Shown: piece after piece, positions 51,510-61,172 of the stretch | Layout of the letters: each line of letters begins with the position of its first letter | How positions within the stretch are numbered: the stretch's first letter is position 1 | Source: an uncultured Clostridiaceae bacterium | GTDB lineage: Bacteria > Bacillota > Clostridia > TANB77 > CAG-465 | Direction: 5' to 3' | Assembly: GCA_964653805.1 (NCBI GenBank) | Contig: CAZZFS010000003.1 | Span: 7,495-71,494 of the forward strand | DNA: 64,000 bases | Position numbers and translations under genes: made by a program | Notes under the pieces: generated by a model | Databases searched by the model: none | What the model saw: the letters and a program-made list of their open reading frames with translations, nothing else | What the model was told of the DNA's origin: nothing

Positions 51510-51773
51510 TTAAGTAAAATGAGAGCATAATTTTTAAAGTATCAAACAAAAAAACTTTCAAATTTGAAAGTTTTTTTTGTTGCAATAAATAAAAAAAATA
51601 TATATTACGTAAAATATTAAGTTTTTTTATTCTAACCAAAATGATTTGGATTTAGTTATTTTAGAATAAAATTTAAAATGAATGAATCCTGTAAATTACA
51701 GAATTCATTCACCAAAGATTGGTTAGTTAAAATATCCAAAGTTTTTTAATTAACTTTAGGCGTTAAATTTTAA

Positions 51774-52184
51774 TTAAAATATTATGAATTTGTCCAACCT
51801 CATTTTTTTTTCATTTGGAGGCATACGTTCAAATCCATCTGCTGAAACAAGTCCCAAAACATCTCCTGGATAAGCTTGTGCCGCAATTATTGATCCTATT
51901 ATTAGAGAATCTTTTAAATATGGATCATTTTTGATATTTTCAATTAAATCCATTCCGTTTTTTGAAGGTGTAAAGTTTGTTGAAACATAATCAATCCTAT
52001 TTTCTTGCTTTATTAATATTTCGTTTGGAGTAGCATTTAATAAAATACCTGATTTTGGAATTGTGAATTCTTTACCATTTTTATCAACCATACTAATTTC
52101 GTGTGGTGTAGTATTTAAATAGATCTTATCCTCAAGAACACTTACAGTAACTGTAGAACCATTAATAATGAATTTTTTTTGCAT
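51774..52184 (-). CDS. Small NxTPH-motif protein (possible Crn4-like ring nuclease)
   Basis: YLNTTPHEI...IPKSG...IIGSIIAAQAYP; family assignment from recalled motif only. Confidence 0.5.
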   Translation of the reverse strand: MQKKFIINGSTVTVSVLEDKIYLNTTPHEISMVDKNGKEFTIPKSGILLNATPNEILIKQENRIDYVSTNFTPSKNGMDLIENIKNDPYLKDSLIIGSIIAAQAYPGDVLGLVSADGFERMPPNEKKMRLDKFIIF

Positions 52185-52544
52185 TTTTTAAATCCTCACT
52201 TTTTTCGAAAAATTTATAGCCAAAAAATAAAAATTAACTCCTTTCATTTTATTCTAATACTTAATTGGTATTAGTGGTATGAATCAAAATTTTTTAATTC
52301 ATATAATTTTTTGCTATATTTAAATTATAAATGTGAATTGAATATAATTCAAATGTTTAAATGTTATGTTTGATATAACTTCTCGTTATATGATTTTTAT
52401 TTATTATTGAATACACATAATATTTTGTTATATATATATGATAATAAATAGTTATTTGATTTATATGTGGTTTGCGTTTATAATGTAAATAGAACAAATA
52501 AAAAAATATCTCTTCAGATTTGAAGAGAGGAGGAGTTTTTAAAA

Positions 52545-52781
52545 ATGAAAAATTATACATGTATTACAAATTGGAAACCTGTTAATTCAAATATAGGCAA
52601 AAAGCCTAAATATTTTAAAGGTAAAAATGGAATACGGTTTGATTCTCATGAAATATTAAATCATGCGAGAATTTGCAAAAAAACTGATAATAAAAAAACA
52701 TTTATTGATTTTTATATAGAAGTTTTAGGAGAAGGCAACAGAAGTATGCTTGAAAAGGCATATGAAGAAGGTGTGATTTGA
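52545..52781 (+). CDS. 78-aa hypothetical protein, copy 1
   Basis: GGAGGAG RBS, TATAAT promoter, downstream hairpin. Confidence 0.75.
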   Translation: MKNYTCITNWKPVNSNIGKKPKYFKGKNGIRFDSHEILNHARICKKTDNKKTFIDFYIEVLGEGNRSMLEKAYEEGVI

Positions 52782-53103
52782 AAAAAATGAATTTCCAGTA
52801 CAAATTTGTGCTGGTTTTTCTTTTGTTAAAATAAAAAAAAGATGCTAATTATTTAAACCATATCTTTTCAAATAATTAATTTCTTCAATTAAAAAAATTA
52901 AATACATCCAATTTTCATTTTCTATTATGTTTAAGTATAATTTTTATTTATGTAGTTTTTATTTCTTATTGAATGCGTATAATATTTTGTTATACATTAG
53001 ATAAAAAAAAGTTATTTGATTTATATATAGTTTGCATTTATAATGTAAATATAACAAATAAAAAAATATCTCTTCAGATTTGAAGAGAGGAGGAGTTTTA
53101 AAA

Positions 53104-53340
53104 ATGAAAAATTATACATGTATTACAAATTGGAAACCTGTTAATTCAAATATAGGCAAAAAGCCTAAATATTTTAAAGGTAAAAATGGAATACGGTTTG
53201 ATTCTCATGAAATATTAAATCATGCGAGAATTTGCAAAAAAACTGATAATAAAAAAACATTTATTGATTTTTATATAGAAGTTTTAGGAGAAGGCAACAG
53301 AAGTATGCTTGAAAAGGCATATGAAGAAGGTGTGATTTGA
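53104..53340 (+). CDS. 78-aa hypothetical protein, copy 2 (identical)
   Basis: Same translation as 52545-52781. Confidence 0.75.
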   Translation: MKNYTCITNWKPVNSNIGKKPKYFKGKNGIRFDSHEILNHARICKKTDNKKTFIDFYIEVLGEGNRSMLEKAYEEGVI

Positions 53341-53966
53341 AAAAAATGAATTTCCAGTACAAATTTGTGCTGGTTTTTCTTTTGTTAAAATAAAAAAAAG
53401 ATGCTAATTATTTAAACCATATCTTTTCAAATAATTAATTTCTTCAATTAAAAAAATTAAATACATCCAATTTTCATTTTCTATTATGTTTAAGTATAAT
53501 TTTTATTTATGTAGTTTTTATTTCTTATTGAATGCGTATAATATTTTGTTATACATTAGATAAAAAAAAGTTATTTGATTTATATATAGTTTGCATTTAT
53601 AATGTAAATATAACAAATAAAAAAATATCTCTTCAGATTTGAAGAGAGGAGGAGTGTTTAAAATGAAAAAATATAAGTAAAGTAGAGTTTGGAAAAGTAT
53701 AAAAATCTTTTATATTAAAAACTAGATTTTTATATTTATTATGTTTGAATTTATTCGGTTTAAGTATTCAAATCTAAATTAATAAGGAGTATTAACTATA
53801 AGTAGTAAAGAAGTTTAGTTGGAGTAGTTATTTTAGAATTCTATCTACATATCACAAAATATGTCTATAGTGCTGTGACAAAAATAAACAGGCACTACTA
53901 AATATTAAGCTATATAAAAATAGTTTAAGAATTTAGTAACTTGTTATAACAAGTAAAGGTCTTGAG

Positions 53967-54794
53967 ATGGAAAAGGATTTAAAAAAAATTGCTATGAAAG
54001 AAATGGAAAAAATTAATTATAGTTTTGAATCAAGAAGAAACTTAACTATAAGAAATTTAAAATTAACTGATAATTTATTTTTTTATAATGTTCAGTTTGA
54101 AGGAAATACTGAATCTGTAAATCAATTAGAAATGATAAAAGATTTAGAAATTTGGTATAAAACCAAAGAAGGAGAAATATTAAATGCTTATAATCAAGAA
54201 GTTGAATGCTTTTGTGAAGATCGAGTAGATAGCAGAGTTATGGGGTGGTCAGGAAGTTTAATAGATTATCTTGAAACAGAATTAAAAAGCGTTTTAATGG
54301 TAAATGGCTTAAATGAAGAAAAAGCTGAATGTATTAGTGTTAAAATTGCTTGGAAGATTTGTGAAAATCCTAACATGTTAGATTTGGTTTTAAATGATTT
54401 GTTTTCCTATTATGAAGTAAAACCATTATACGATTTATTGATTCAAATGGATTTAAAATATGGATCAAAGGCTACAAACAAGGAAGTTATTAAACAGAAT
54501 GGTTTGGAAGCTATAAGGGAAATAAATGCATATTATGGTACTCATAGTAATTTATGTATTCAATATTATGAGTGGAAAGGTGATTTGGTTGATTTTTATA
54601 TAGAAAAAATAATAAGTGAATTTATTAACCAAGGAATATTTAATAAGGTTATTAAAGTAGCAAGATGGAAAATTAGAAATCTTGTGCGAGATAATTGCAA
54701 AGATTTCCAAATTGATGGTGATTTATTTGAAAATAATAAGATTAGAGAATTGTATGATGATTTTATTATAGTTTCAAAGAACTTAAAATTTTAG
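53967..54794 (+). CDS. Hypothetical protein
   Basis: 275-codon ORF, no recognised motif. Confidence 0.7.
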   Translation: MEKDLKKIAMKEMEKINYSFESRRNLTIRNLKLTDNLFFYNVQFEGNTESVNQLEMIKDLEIWYKTKEGEILNAYNQEVECFCEDRVDSRVMGWSGSLIDYLETELKSVLMVNGLNEEKAECISVKIAWKICENPNMLDLVLNDLFSYYEVKPLYDLLIQMDLKYGSKATNKEVIKQNGLEAIREINAYYGTHSNLCIQYYEWKGDLVDFYIEKIISEFINQGIFNKVIKVARWKIRNLVRDNCKDFQIDGDLFENNKIRELYDDFIIVSKNLKF

Positions 54795-54829
54795 CAGGCG
54801 TGCTTTAAAAATACGTTGGAGGAATTATT

Positions 54830-56038
54830 ATGCTATTTAATTTGATTTATTCAGAAGGAAATTCTTGTTATTATGGTTCAAATTCTTTTGATGAAAAAAT
54901 AAGACATGTAGTTGAAAACGAAGGACTTTATTATGAATTTCGTGAAAGTCAAAACTACAATGGTTCATATTACTTAGCTGAATCGGTAGAATGCCCAACG
55001 GAAATATCTATGGATTATGATTATCATGATGAAAATCATCATAAATGGAGTAAATCTGGTGGTAAAATAGAGCTGGACTTGAAAAAGTTTCTTATTTTAG
55101 ATGGAAATGAATTTCTTTTGAATCTAAAAAAAGAAGAAATTCGTATTCACAGAGAGAAATTTTTGGAAAACAAAAAATTTGAAAGTGAAAATTTTTCTAT
55201 TGATTATCTAAAATCTTTAGGCTTAGACGAAACTGATCTTTCTATTGCCGAATGTTGGCGGAATAAAGTTCTTCAAGAACTAATTTCCAACAATAATTGT
55301 ATTAATGATTATCGAGCTATTTTTGAAAAAATGGCAGATATTATTAATAGAAAAGCTATTGTTGTATGTCACAAAAAGGCATATTATGATAGTCCACCGC
55401 AAGATTATATTGTGGGTAACTTGGAAGTATTTTTCGATATAGAATCAAAACTTATCGAGCCGGATTCGTTTAATGAAATTTCATTTGAGGTTTTTAAAAT
55501 TTCTAAAAGTGTAGAAATTGGTTTTGGAAATTTCTATATTGGAAGTTACTATACCGATTCTGGATATGTGGTTGATGTATACTGGAATTCAAAATTTTTC
55601 AGTATCAAATCTAATATCTCTGTACATAAGGGCAATAGTCTGAAATGGGAAAGATCATTAGATAATTCTTTGAAAACACCACGATTTTTTATTGAAGATC
55701 CGGCCAAAGATATTTTTGAAATTGATAATATTTCAGCAAAAGAAAGTAAATCAATTAGGAGAAAATATTATCTAGAACAAATGAATGCAGCGCAGTTAGC
55801 TTTTGGTTTGAATTTTTATGATGCCAAATCTCTTTTAGAAGAAGTTGGAAGCGTTAAAAATTTAGCATTACTTATTGATTTGAAATTATTATATTTAAGA
55901 CAGGAGGAGTTAGAGATATTAGCAAATAAAAAATCTAATAAAGCATTAGATAAATTTTTCTCTTGCAGATTACTTGAAAAACCTTATGCTAAGTTAGCAA
56001 ATATTACAAAAATGGCTGATTTTTTATTAGCAATGTGA
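54830..56038 (+). CDS. Hypothetical protein
   Basis: 402-codon ORF, GGAGG RBS, terminator AAAAAGTCGATGAA/TTCATCGACTTTTT downstream. Confidence 0.72.
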   Translation: MLFNLIYSEGNSCYYGSNSFDEKIRHVVENEGLYYEFRESQNYNGSYYLAESVECPTEISMDYDYHDENHHKWSKSGGKIELDLKKFLILDGNEFLLNLKKEEIRIHREKFLENKKFESENFSIDYLKSLGLDETDLSIAECWRNKVLQELISNNNCINDYRAIFEKMADIINRKAIVVCHKKAYYDSPPQDYIVGNLEVFFDIESKLIEPDSFNEISFEVFKISKSVEIGFGNFYIGSYYTDSGYVVDVYWNSKFFSIKSNISVHKGNSLKWERSLDNSLKTPRFFIEDPAKDIFEIDNISAKESKSIRRKYYLEQMNAAQLAFGLNFYDAKSLLEEVGSVKNLALLIDLKLLYLRQEELEILANKKSNKALDKFFSCRLLEKPYAKLANITKMADFLLAM

Positions 56039-56194
56039 TAATTTTAAAAAGTCGATGAAAATTCATCGACTTTTTTGTCGTAAAACAAAAAATAAGTTAT
56101 ATATTTTTTATTTTACTTAAAGATTATTTATTAAATAAGTTTAAAGAAGTGTTGTACTTTCTTTATTACTTTTAGGTAAAAAAAGAGATGATCA

Positions 56195-56971
56195 TTATTT
56201 AGACCATCTTTTTTTTAAACGATTAATTTCATTAATTGGATTAGTTTCTTTTTTCTCATTAAAGAAAAACTCTTCAATTAAAAGATTTAAATACATCCAA
56301 CTTTCATTTCCCATTATGTTATCATAATAAAAAATAGTTTGACCAATATTGTAATTAGCAAGATTATACCAGAAAGTATTATATGGTATCCCAGTATCAT
56401 TTTCGTAAAAAATTGCGTCTAGAGGATTAAAACAATTAGAAACATTTTCAAATATTTCTGTAAGTTCAGCAATAAAATTATATTGTTTTTGGTAATCATT
56501 GATAACTGATAAATCAAGTGAGAGATTAGTTTTTAATTTATTTGTAATAAGTACGCTTAAATAATTACAAATAAGTTCTTCTAATGATTCACCATAGCTA
56601 TCATTAGTTTCTTTACGATATCTTTCAATAGCATTTAAAGAAAAACTATTATCAGTCGGACAAAAGTCTGAGAAAGGCAAATAATCTTTTCTTGAGAAAA
56701 GAATATGAGCAATTTCATGACATAACATGAAAAAAAGCATTGTTTCATGTTCATTACTTTTTAAATAAATGTGTACAGTTGGGTGACCATTTTCAAAATC
56801 GGTTTTACCATCAGTTAAGAAAAAATCATTTTTAATAAAAAATTCTGAACTTTCAATTTTTTTTTCAAAAGAAAAAATAAGATATTCAGAGATAAATAGT
56901 TTTTTTAGCTCTGAAACAATAATATTTATATAAATATTAATTTGTTTTTTTTGAGAACTATGAATTATCAT
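56195..56971 (-). CDS. Zincin-like metallopeptidase domain protein
   Basis: HEIAH (HExxH) with downstream EELICN third-ligand-like motif. Confidence 0.6.
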   Translation of the reverse strand: MIIHSSQKKQINIYINIIVSELKKLFISEYLIFSFEKKIESSEFFIKNDFFLTDGKTDFENGHPTVHIYLKSNEHETMLFFMLCHEIAHILFSRKDYLPFSDFCPTDNSFSLNAIERYRKETNDSYGESLEELICNYLSVLITNKLKTNLSLDLSVINDYQKQYNFIAELTEIFENVSNCFNPLDAIFYENDTGIPYNTFWYNLANYNIGQTIFYYDNIMGNESWMYLNLLIEEFFFNEKKETNPINEINRLKKRWSK

Positions 56972-57257
56972 TTGTTTACTCTCCTTATAAATGTAGTAAA
57001 ATTTTATACATAATATTAAAAAAATATTAGATAATTATATCACAATAGTATTTAAAAGTCAATATTTATGTAAATAATATAGGTATCAGTATGAGTTTTG
57101 TAATCATTTGTAAAACATAAATTATCATTTAAATATCAACATTTTATATTTTGCTAACGATTGTAAAAAAATGTTAAAAATGTAAAATAATAAAAAAAGT
57201 TTGTTTTTTGTATTACTATACGATATAATATAAATACAAAGTAAAAAAGGTGATGAT

Positions 57258-58143
57258 ATGGAAATATATAATAATATAAAATTAACAAATGAATTAGATG
57301 AATCTAATTGTATAACACATTCAGGTAAATTTCATGTAGATGATGTAATATCTACAATATTTATAAGCAAAGTTATAAGTGAAGTTAGTTTGTTAAGAAC
57401 AGCTACATTAAAAAATAAAAATGTGGAAAATAAAATTGTTTATGATATTGGACTGCGGAGAATTTGATCATCATCAGAAAAATAAAAATGGACAAAGAGA
57501 AAATGGTATTTATTATTCATCAATTGGGTTGTTATGGGAAAAATTAGGTATGGAATATTTAGAAAGTCTTAATATTTCATACCCAGATAAAACATTTGAA
57601 TATATAGATACAGAATTAATACAATATATAGATGCGACGGATAATATGCAAATGGAATATCTAGAAAGCAAGACATCTCCTGATTTTGTTAAATTATGCA
57701 ATCCATTGTGGAATGAAGAAATATCTGAAGATGAGGCTTTTATTAAAGCTTTGAAATTAGCAGATGACTTTTGGAACATCTATATAAAAAATGCAATTGC
57801 AGAGGTTGATGCAACAGAAATAATTCGAAAAAAAATAGATGAATGTAAAGAATGTTTTTTGATATTAGATAGGGAAATGCCATATAAAAGAGCAATGAAA
57901 CTTTATAATGAAAATAAAATAAAATATATTATTTTCAAATCACGAAGAGAAGGATATGAAATCAGAGTGGTAAAGGAAAAGTATAAGTTTAAAGACTCTA
58001 TAGTTAAAGCTGAAAATATAGAGAAAATTACAGAGTTAACTGGTATATATGATTTAATATATGTAGATAATAATGGTAAATTATGTTGTACAGAAAAAAT
58101 AGATAGTGCAATAAAACTTGTTGAATATAATGAAATTAAATAA
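57258..58143 (+). pseudogene. MYG1 (UPF0160) family gene split by a single +1 frameshift
   Basis: THSGKFHVDDV...VYDIG in one frame, GEFDHHQ...YSSIGLLW...IDATDN in the next; junction GGA CTG C GGA GAA at about 57449-57461. Confidence 0.8.
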
Positions 58144-58380
58144 TAAATAATGGGAAATATACTAAGATCTAATTAATAAAAAAATTTGGAAAAATGAAGC
58201 CATTATCAATAATTGATAATGGCAATTTTTTTATAAATACTGATAAAGGTTATAATTTTAAAAGTAGTATTTAATTTGATTAATGAAAAAGAAATTTTTG
58301 CAAATATTGAATTAAATGTTTTTGTTTGTTATAATATGAAAAAGATTTTATTGATTAAATAAAAATTTTAATCGATAAGA

Positions 58381-59178
58381 ATGAAGGAGTATATAATGAG
58401 TATATCAAAGGAAAATTTATATAATATATTAGATATATGTAGTCAAGATGAAATAGTAAAAGAGAACGTTATTAAAAATCATGATAATAATTTATGGTGG
58501 CCAATAAGTGTTAAAGATTATAGAATGAGGTTATTAATATCTGGTATGTCTACACGTGTTGGTTATTCAATGATCAATTCATATGTAGCTGTGATAAATA
58601 AAATGATTGAAATAGGATATGATAATTTAATTATTTATACAGAAGAACAAATAAAAAATGTAATAAGACCTTTAGGATTGATAAATGCTAGATATAAATA
58701 TATAGCTAGTATGATAAAATTCATTGAAAAATATAAAGAGCAAGTATTTACTATTAAGCAAAATGACTTGATAGTTTTAATAAATAAGGAAGTAAATGGA
58801 GCTTCGTATAAAGTAGGCCAATGTTGTGTTCTTTATTTAAAAGGATATTATGAATCTAGAGTTATGCCAGTAGATAGTGGAATGAAAGATACATTTTTAC
58901 CTTGTATTGGATTTAATGAAGTTAAGGGTGCTATAGGTCATGAAATACTTAGACATGATTTAGAAAAATTAATAAGTGAACTTGATTTAAAACCTTTAAT
59001 AATAAATAATGGTTATGAAGGTAAAATAACTATACCAAATGATAATGTTTTAACTTGGTGGGCTCATTTAGTTCTTATATACTATAAAAGAGCATATTGT
59101 AATAAACATAAACCTAATGAGTGTAAAATAAAAAAAGAATTGCAAAATATTAAGCTAAATTATAAATGTGAAAAGTAA
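58381..59178 (+). CDS. HhH-GPD DNA glycosylase-like protein
   Basis: IRPLGL...R, GASYKVG HhH-like, MPVDS, C-terminal YC.KHKP.EC. Confidence 0.6.
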   Translation: MKEYIMSISKENLYNILDICSQDEIVKENVIKNHDNNLWWPISVKDYRMRLLISGMSTRVGYSMINSYVAVINKMIEIGYDNLIIYTEEQIKNVIRPLGLINARYKYIASMIKFIEKYKEQVFTIKQNDLIVLINKEVNGASYKVGQCCVLYLKGYYESRVMPVDSGMKDTFLPCIGFNEVKGAIGHEILRHDLEKLISELDLKPLIINNGYEGKITIPNDNVLTWWAHLVLIYYKRAYCNKHKPNECKIKKELQNIKLNYKCEK

Positions 59179-59194
59179 AAAAAGGATGGGTGTT

Positions 59195-59757
59195 ATGAAA
59201 GAAAAAAAATTATAAATAAAAAAGTGTTTTTTATTTTGATGTGTACAATAATTGGAATTGTTATAGTTATTTTAATACATAATCGAAGTTATAATGGGAA
59301 TTATCAAAAAATTGAATATGATACTTGTGGAGAATATGATAATATAATTGATTTAACTTTCCCAGAAGAAAATGAAACAAAGATAAATAATAGCGATATA
59401 AAAGGTTTTAATCCAATTATTCCTGAAAAAAATGAGTATCGTATAGTATCAAATCATTTAGATTATTCAAAATTATTGGATCAGGTGAAAAGTAAAGTTT
59501 ATCCAAGTGATAGTCTTGTAAGTCAATTTGATGATGATTTTTTTATTGATAATTCATTATTAGTAATTGATTATTTTGAAAGTAATAGTCCGTTTTTAAA
59601 AACAAGGCTGATTTCGGTTTCGGAAAAAAATTCAATTGCAAAGGTGAAAATTTTTGTAAGATCAAGTGGTTGCACAGCAGATGGATCAGGAGATATGTAT
59701 TTTATACCTGTATCAAAAAATATAAAAAGTGCTGAAATAGTGAAGACTAGTTTTTAA
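59195..59757 (+). CDS. Membrane-anchored extracellular protein, start separated from body by an A8 tract
   Basis: ATG 59195 joins the 59224-59757 frame only if the A8 run at 59202-59209 were A9; N-terminal TM. Confidence 0.55.
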
Positions 59758-59844
59758 GAAGTTTTTTGCAATGGGAGTTCTGTGGTTAGAATTTACAATT
59801 TGTACAAAAAACGATTATATTGAAGTTTTAAGAAGTACTTTAAT

Positions 59845-59885
59845 AAAAAAGAAATAGCAAGGACATTAAAATCCTTGCTATTTCT
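59845..59885 (-). terminator. Intrinsic terminator oriented for minus-strand transcription
   Basis: AGAAATAGCAAGGA / TCCTTGCTATTTCT stem with an A6 run on its left. Confidence 0.7.
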
Positions 59886-59907
59886 ATATTTTTCACCCAA
59901 AAAAATA

Positions 59908-59921
59908 TGGTCGGAGTGACA
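59908..59921 (-). mobile_element. Putative att site: 3' end of a tRNA-Pro gene
   Basis: TGGTCGGAGTGACA is the reverse complement of TGTCACTCCGACCA, a tRNA-Pro-type acceptor end with CCA; the rest of the tRNA is absent. Confidence 0.65.
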
Positions 59922-60325
59922 AAACACTAAAAAGTTGAAGTGCTTGATACATCTAACTTTGAGGTGTTATTTTTTTATGTGTGGGACGCACTTGGAACTC
60001 AGTTTTTTGAAAAAAATTAATGTAAAAAAAGTTTGAGAGAGTTGAAAAAATAAAAATTTAGTAGATTAAAGGTTTAGAAAAGTTAGATATAAAATAATAA
60101 TATGCATGAAATCTTTCTATTTAAGATTCAAAAAATGTAGTTTTTAAAAGATATAAAGAATACATATTATAAAATATGTATTCAAATAAATAAGTATTGG
60201 AGAAATTAATGTTTTAGAATTAAGATATAATTTCACTCTAAGGAATTCATAATAATTAGTAATTAAAAATGAAATTTCTTGTGAATTTTTTGCATTAATG
60301 ATATAATAAGTTAAAAAATATTTTT

Positions 60326-61171
60326 ATGGGGAGTAATTTTATGCAAGAAATAGATTATGAAAAAACAAAATGCTATTTTAAAATTAAATATATAGATGAT
60401 AATGAAATTGTAGAAGGAACTATTAATATTGATTCGAATTCTATAAAAAATGATGCAATTATATCTAAAATGATAATAGATAGTGATATTAATTCTATTT
60501 TAAAAACGGATGAGAAATGTATTTTATTATATAAGGATGTTATCCCAGTATATAAAGAAGCAAAAAACAAAATAAATAATAACTATAATAGGAAAACATC
60601 ACCGTATTTTAGTAAAAAAAATAAAAATGATTATATTCAACATTTTTATAAATATTATAGTATTGAAAGAAATATAGAAGGAAGTATATCAAATAAATTA
60701 ATTGATGCTTTTAAAAGAAATTATATAAATTATAGAGAATTAGAGCATTTCAGTGGAATAGATTATTTTTCAAATGAATTTACAGATAGATTTATTAAAA
60801 AGTATAATTTCTTTTGCAAAGAATATATGCTATGTATAGTACCAGGTCATCTTAGTAGTAATTATAATAATGGATGTTTATATGAACTTGCTGATTTATT
60901 AATTAAAAAGGAAAGTTTCACAGATGGAACACAAGTTTTGCTAAGAAAGATGACCATTAAAGCACATTATGAAGAAGGTAATGTGAGAAATGAAGTGGTA
61001 CATTTAAATTCGATAATTATAAATCCAAAAATATCAGTTAAAGACAAGAAAATTTTATTAATAGATGATATAACAACAACAGGTTTTACTTTGAATACAT
61101 GTAAAAAAATATTATTAAATGCTGGAGCAAAGAAAGTGATTTGCTTTGCGTTTGGAAAGACGAGTAATTAA
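60326..61171 (+). CDS. ComF-like phosphoribosyltransferase
   Basis: IVPGH, ILLIDDITTTGFTL, AGAKKVICFAFGKT. Confidence 0.82.
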   Translation: MGSNFMQEIDYEKTKCYFKIKYIDDNEIVEGTINIDSNSIKNDAIISKMIIDSDINSILKTDEKCILLYKDVIPVYKEAKNKINNNYNRKTSPYFSKKNKNDYIQHFYKYYSIERNIEGSISNKLIDAFKRNYINYRELEHFSGIDYFSNEFTDRFIKKYNFFCKEYMLCIVPGHLSSNYNNGCLYELADLLIKKESFTDGTQVLLRKMTIKAHYEEGNVRNEVVHLNSIIINPKISVKDKKILLIDDITTTGFTLNTCKKILLNAGAKKVICFAFGKTSN

Positions 61172-61172
61172 T

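Larger units (their letters stand above)
52537..53655 (+). repeat. Near-perfect 559-bp tandem duplication (two units)
   Basis: ATGs at 52545, 53104 and 53663 recur at a 559-bp period; ORF and spacer look identical between units. Confidence 0.95.

Noticed and set aside
44000-52000. Complete DGR cassette
   Set aside because: No reverse transcriptase ORF and no non-coding template repeat seen; only target-like genes are reported
52390-53680. Possible CRISPR array or insertion sequence in the repeated region
   Set aside because: Period is 559 bp with identical intervening sequence and a gene; no unique spacers, transposase or terminal inverted repeats
18400-59800. Integron-like cassette array with a common attC site
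   Set aside because: The intergenic hairpins differ in sequence and look like ordinary terminators; no integrase in the window
59890-60000. Complete tRNA gene
   Set aside because: Only the 14-nt 3' end is present; no T-loop, anticodon or D arm
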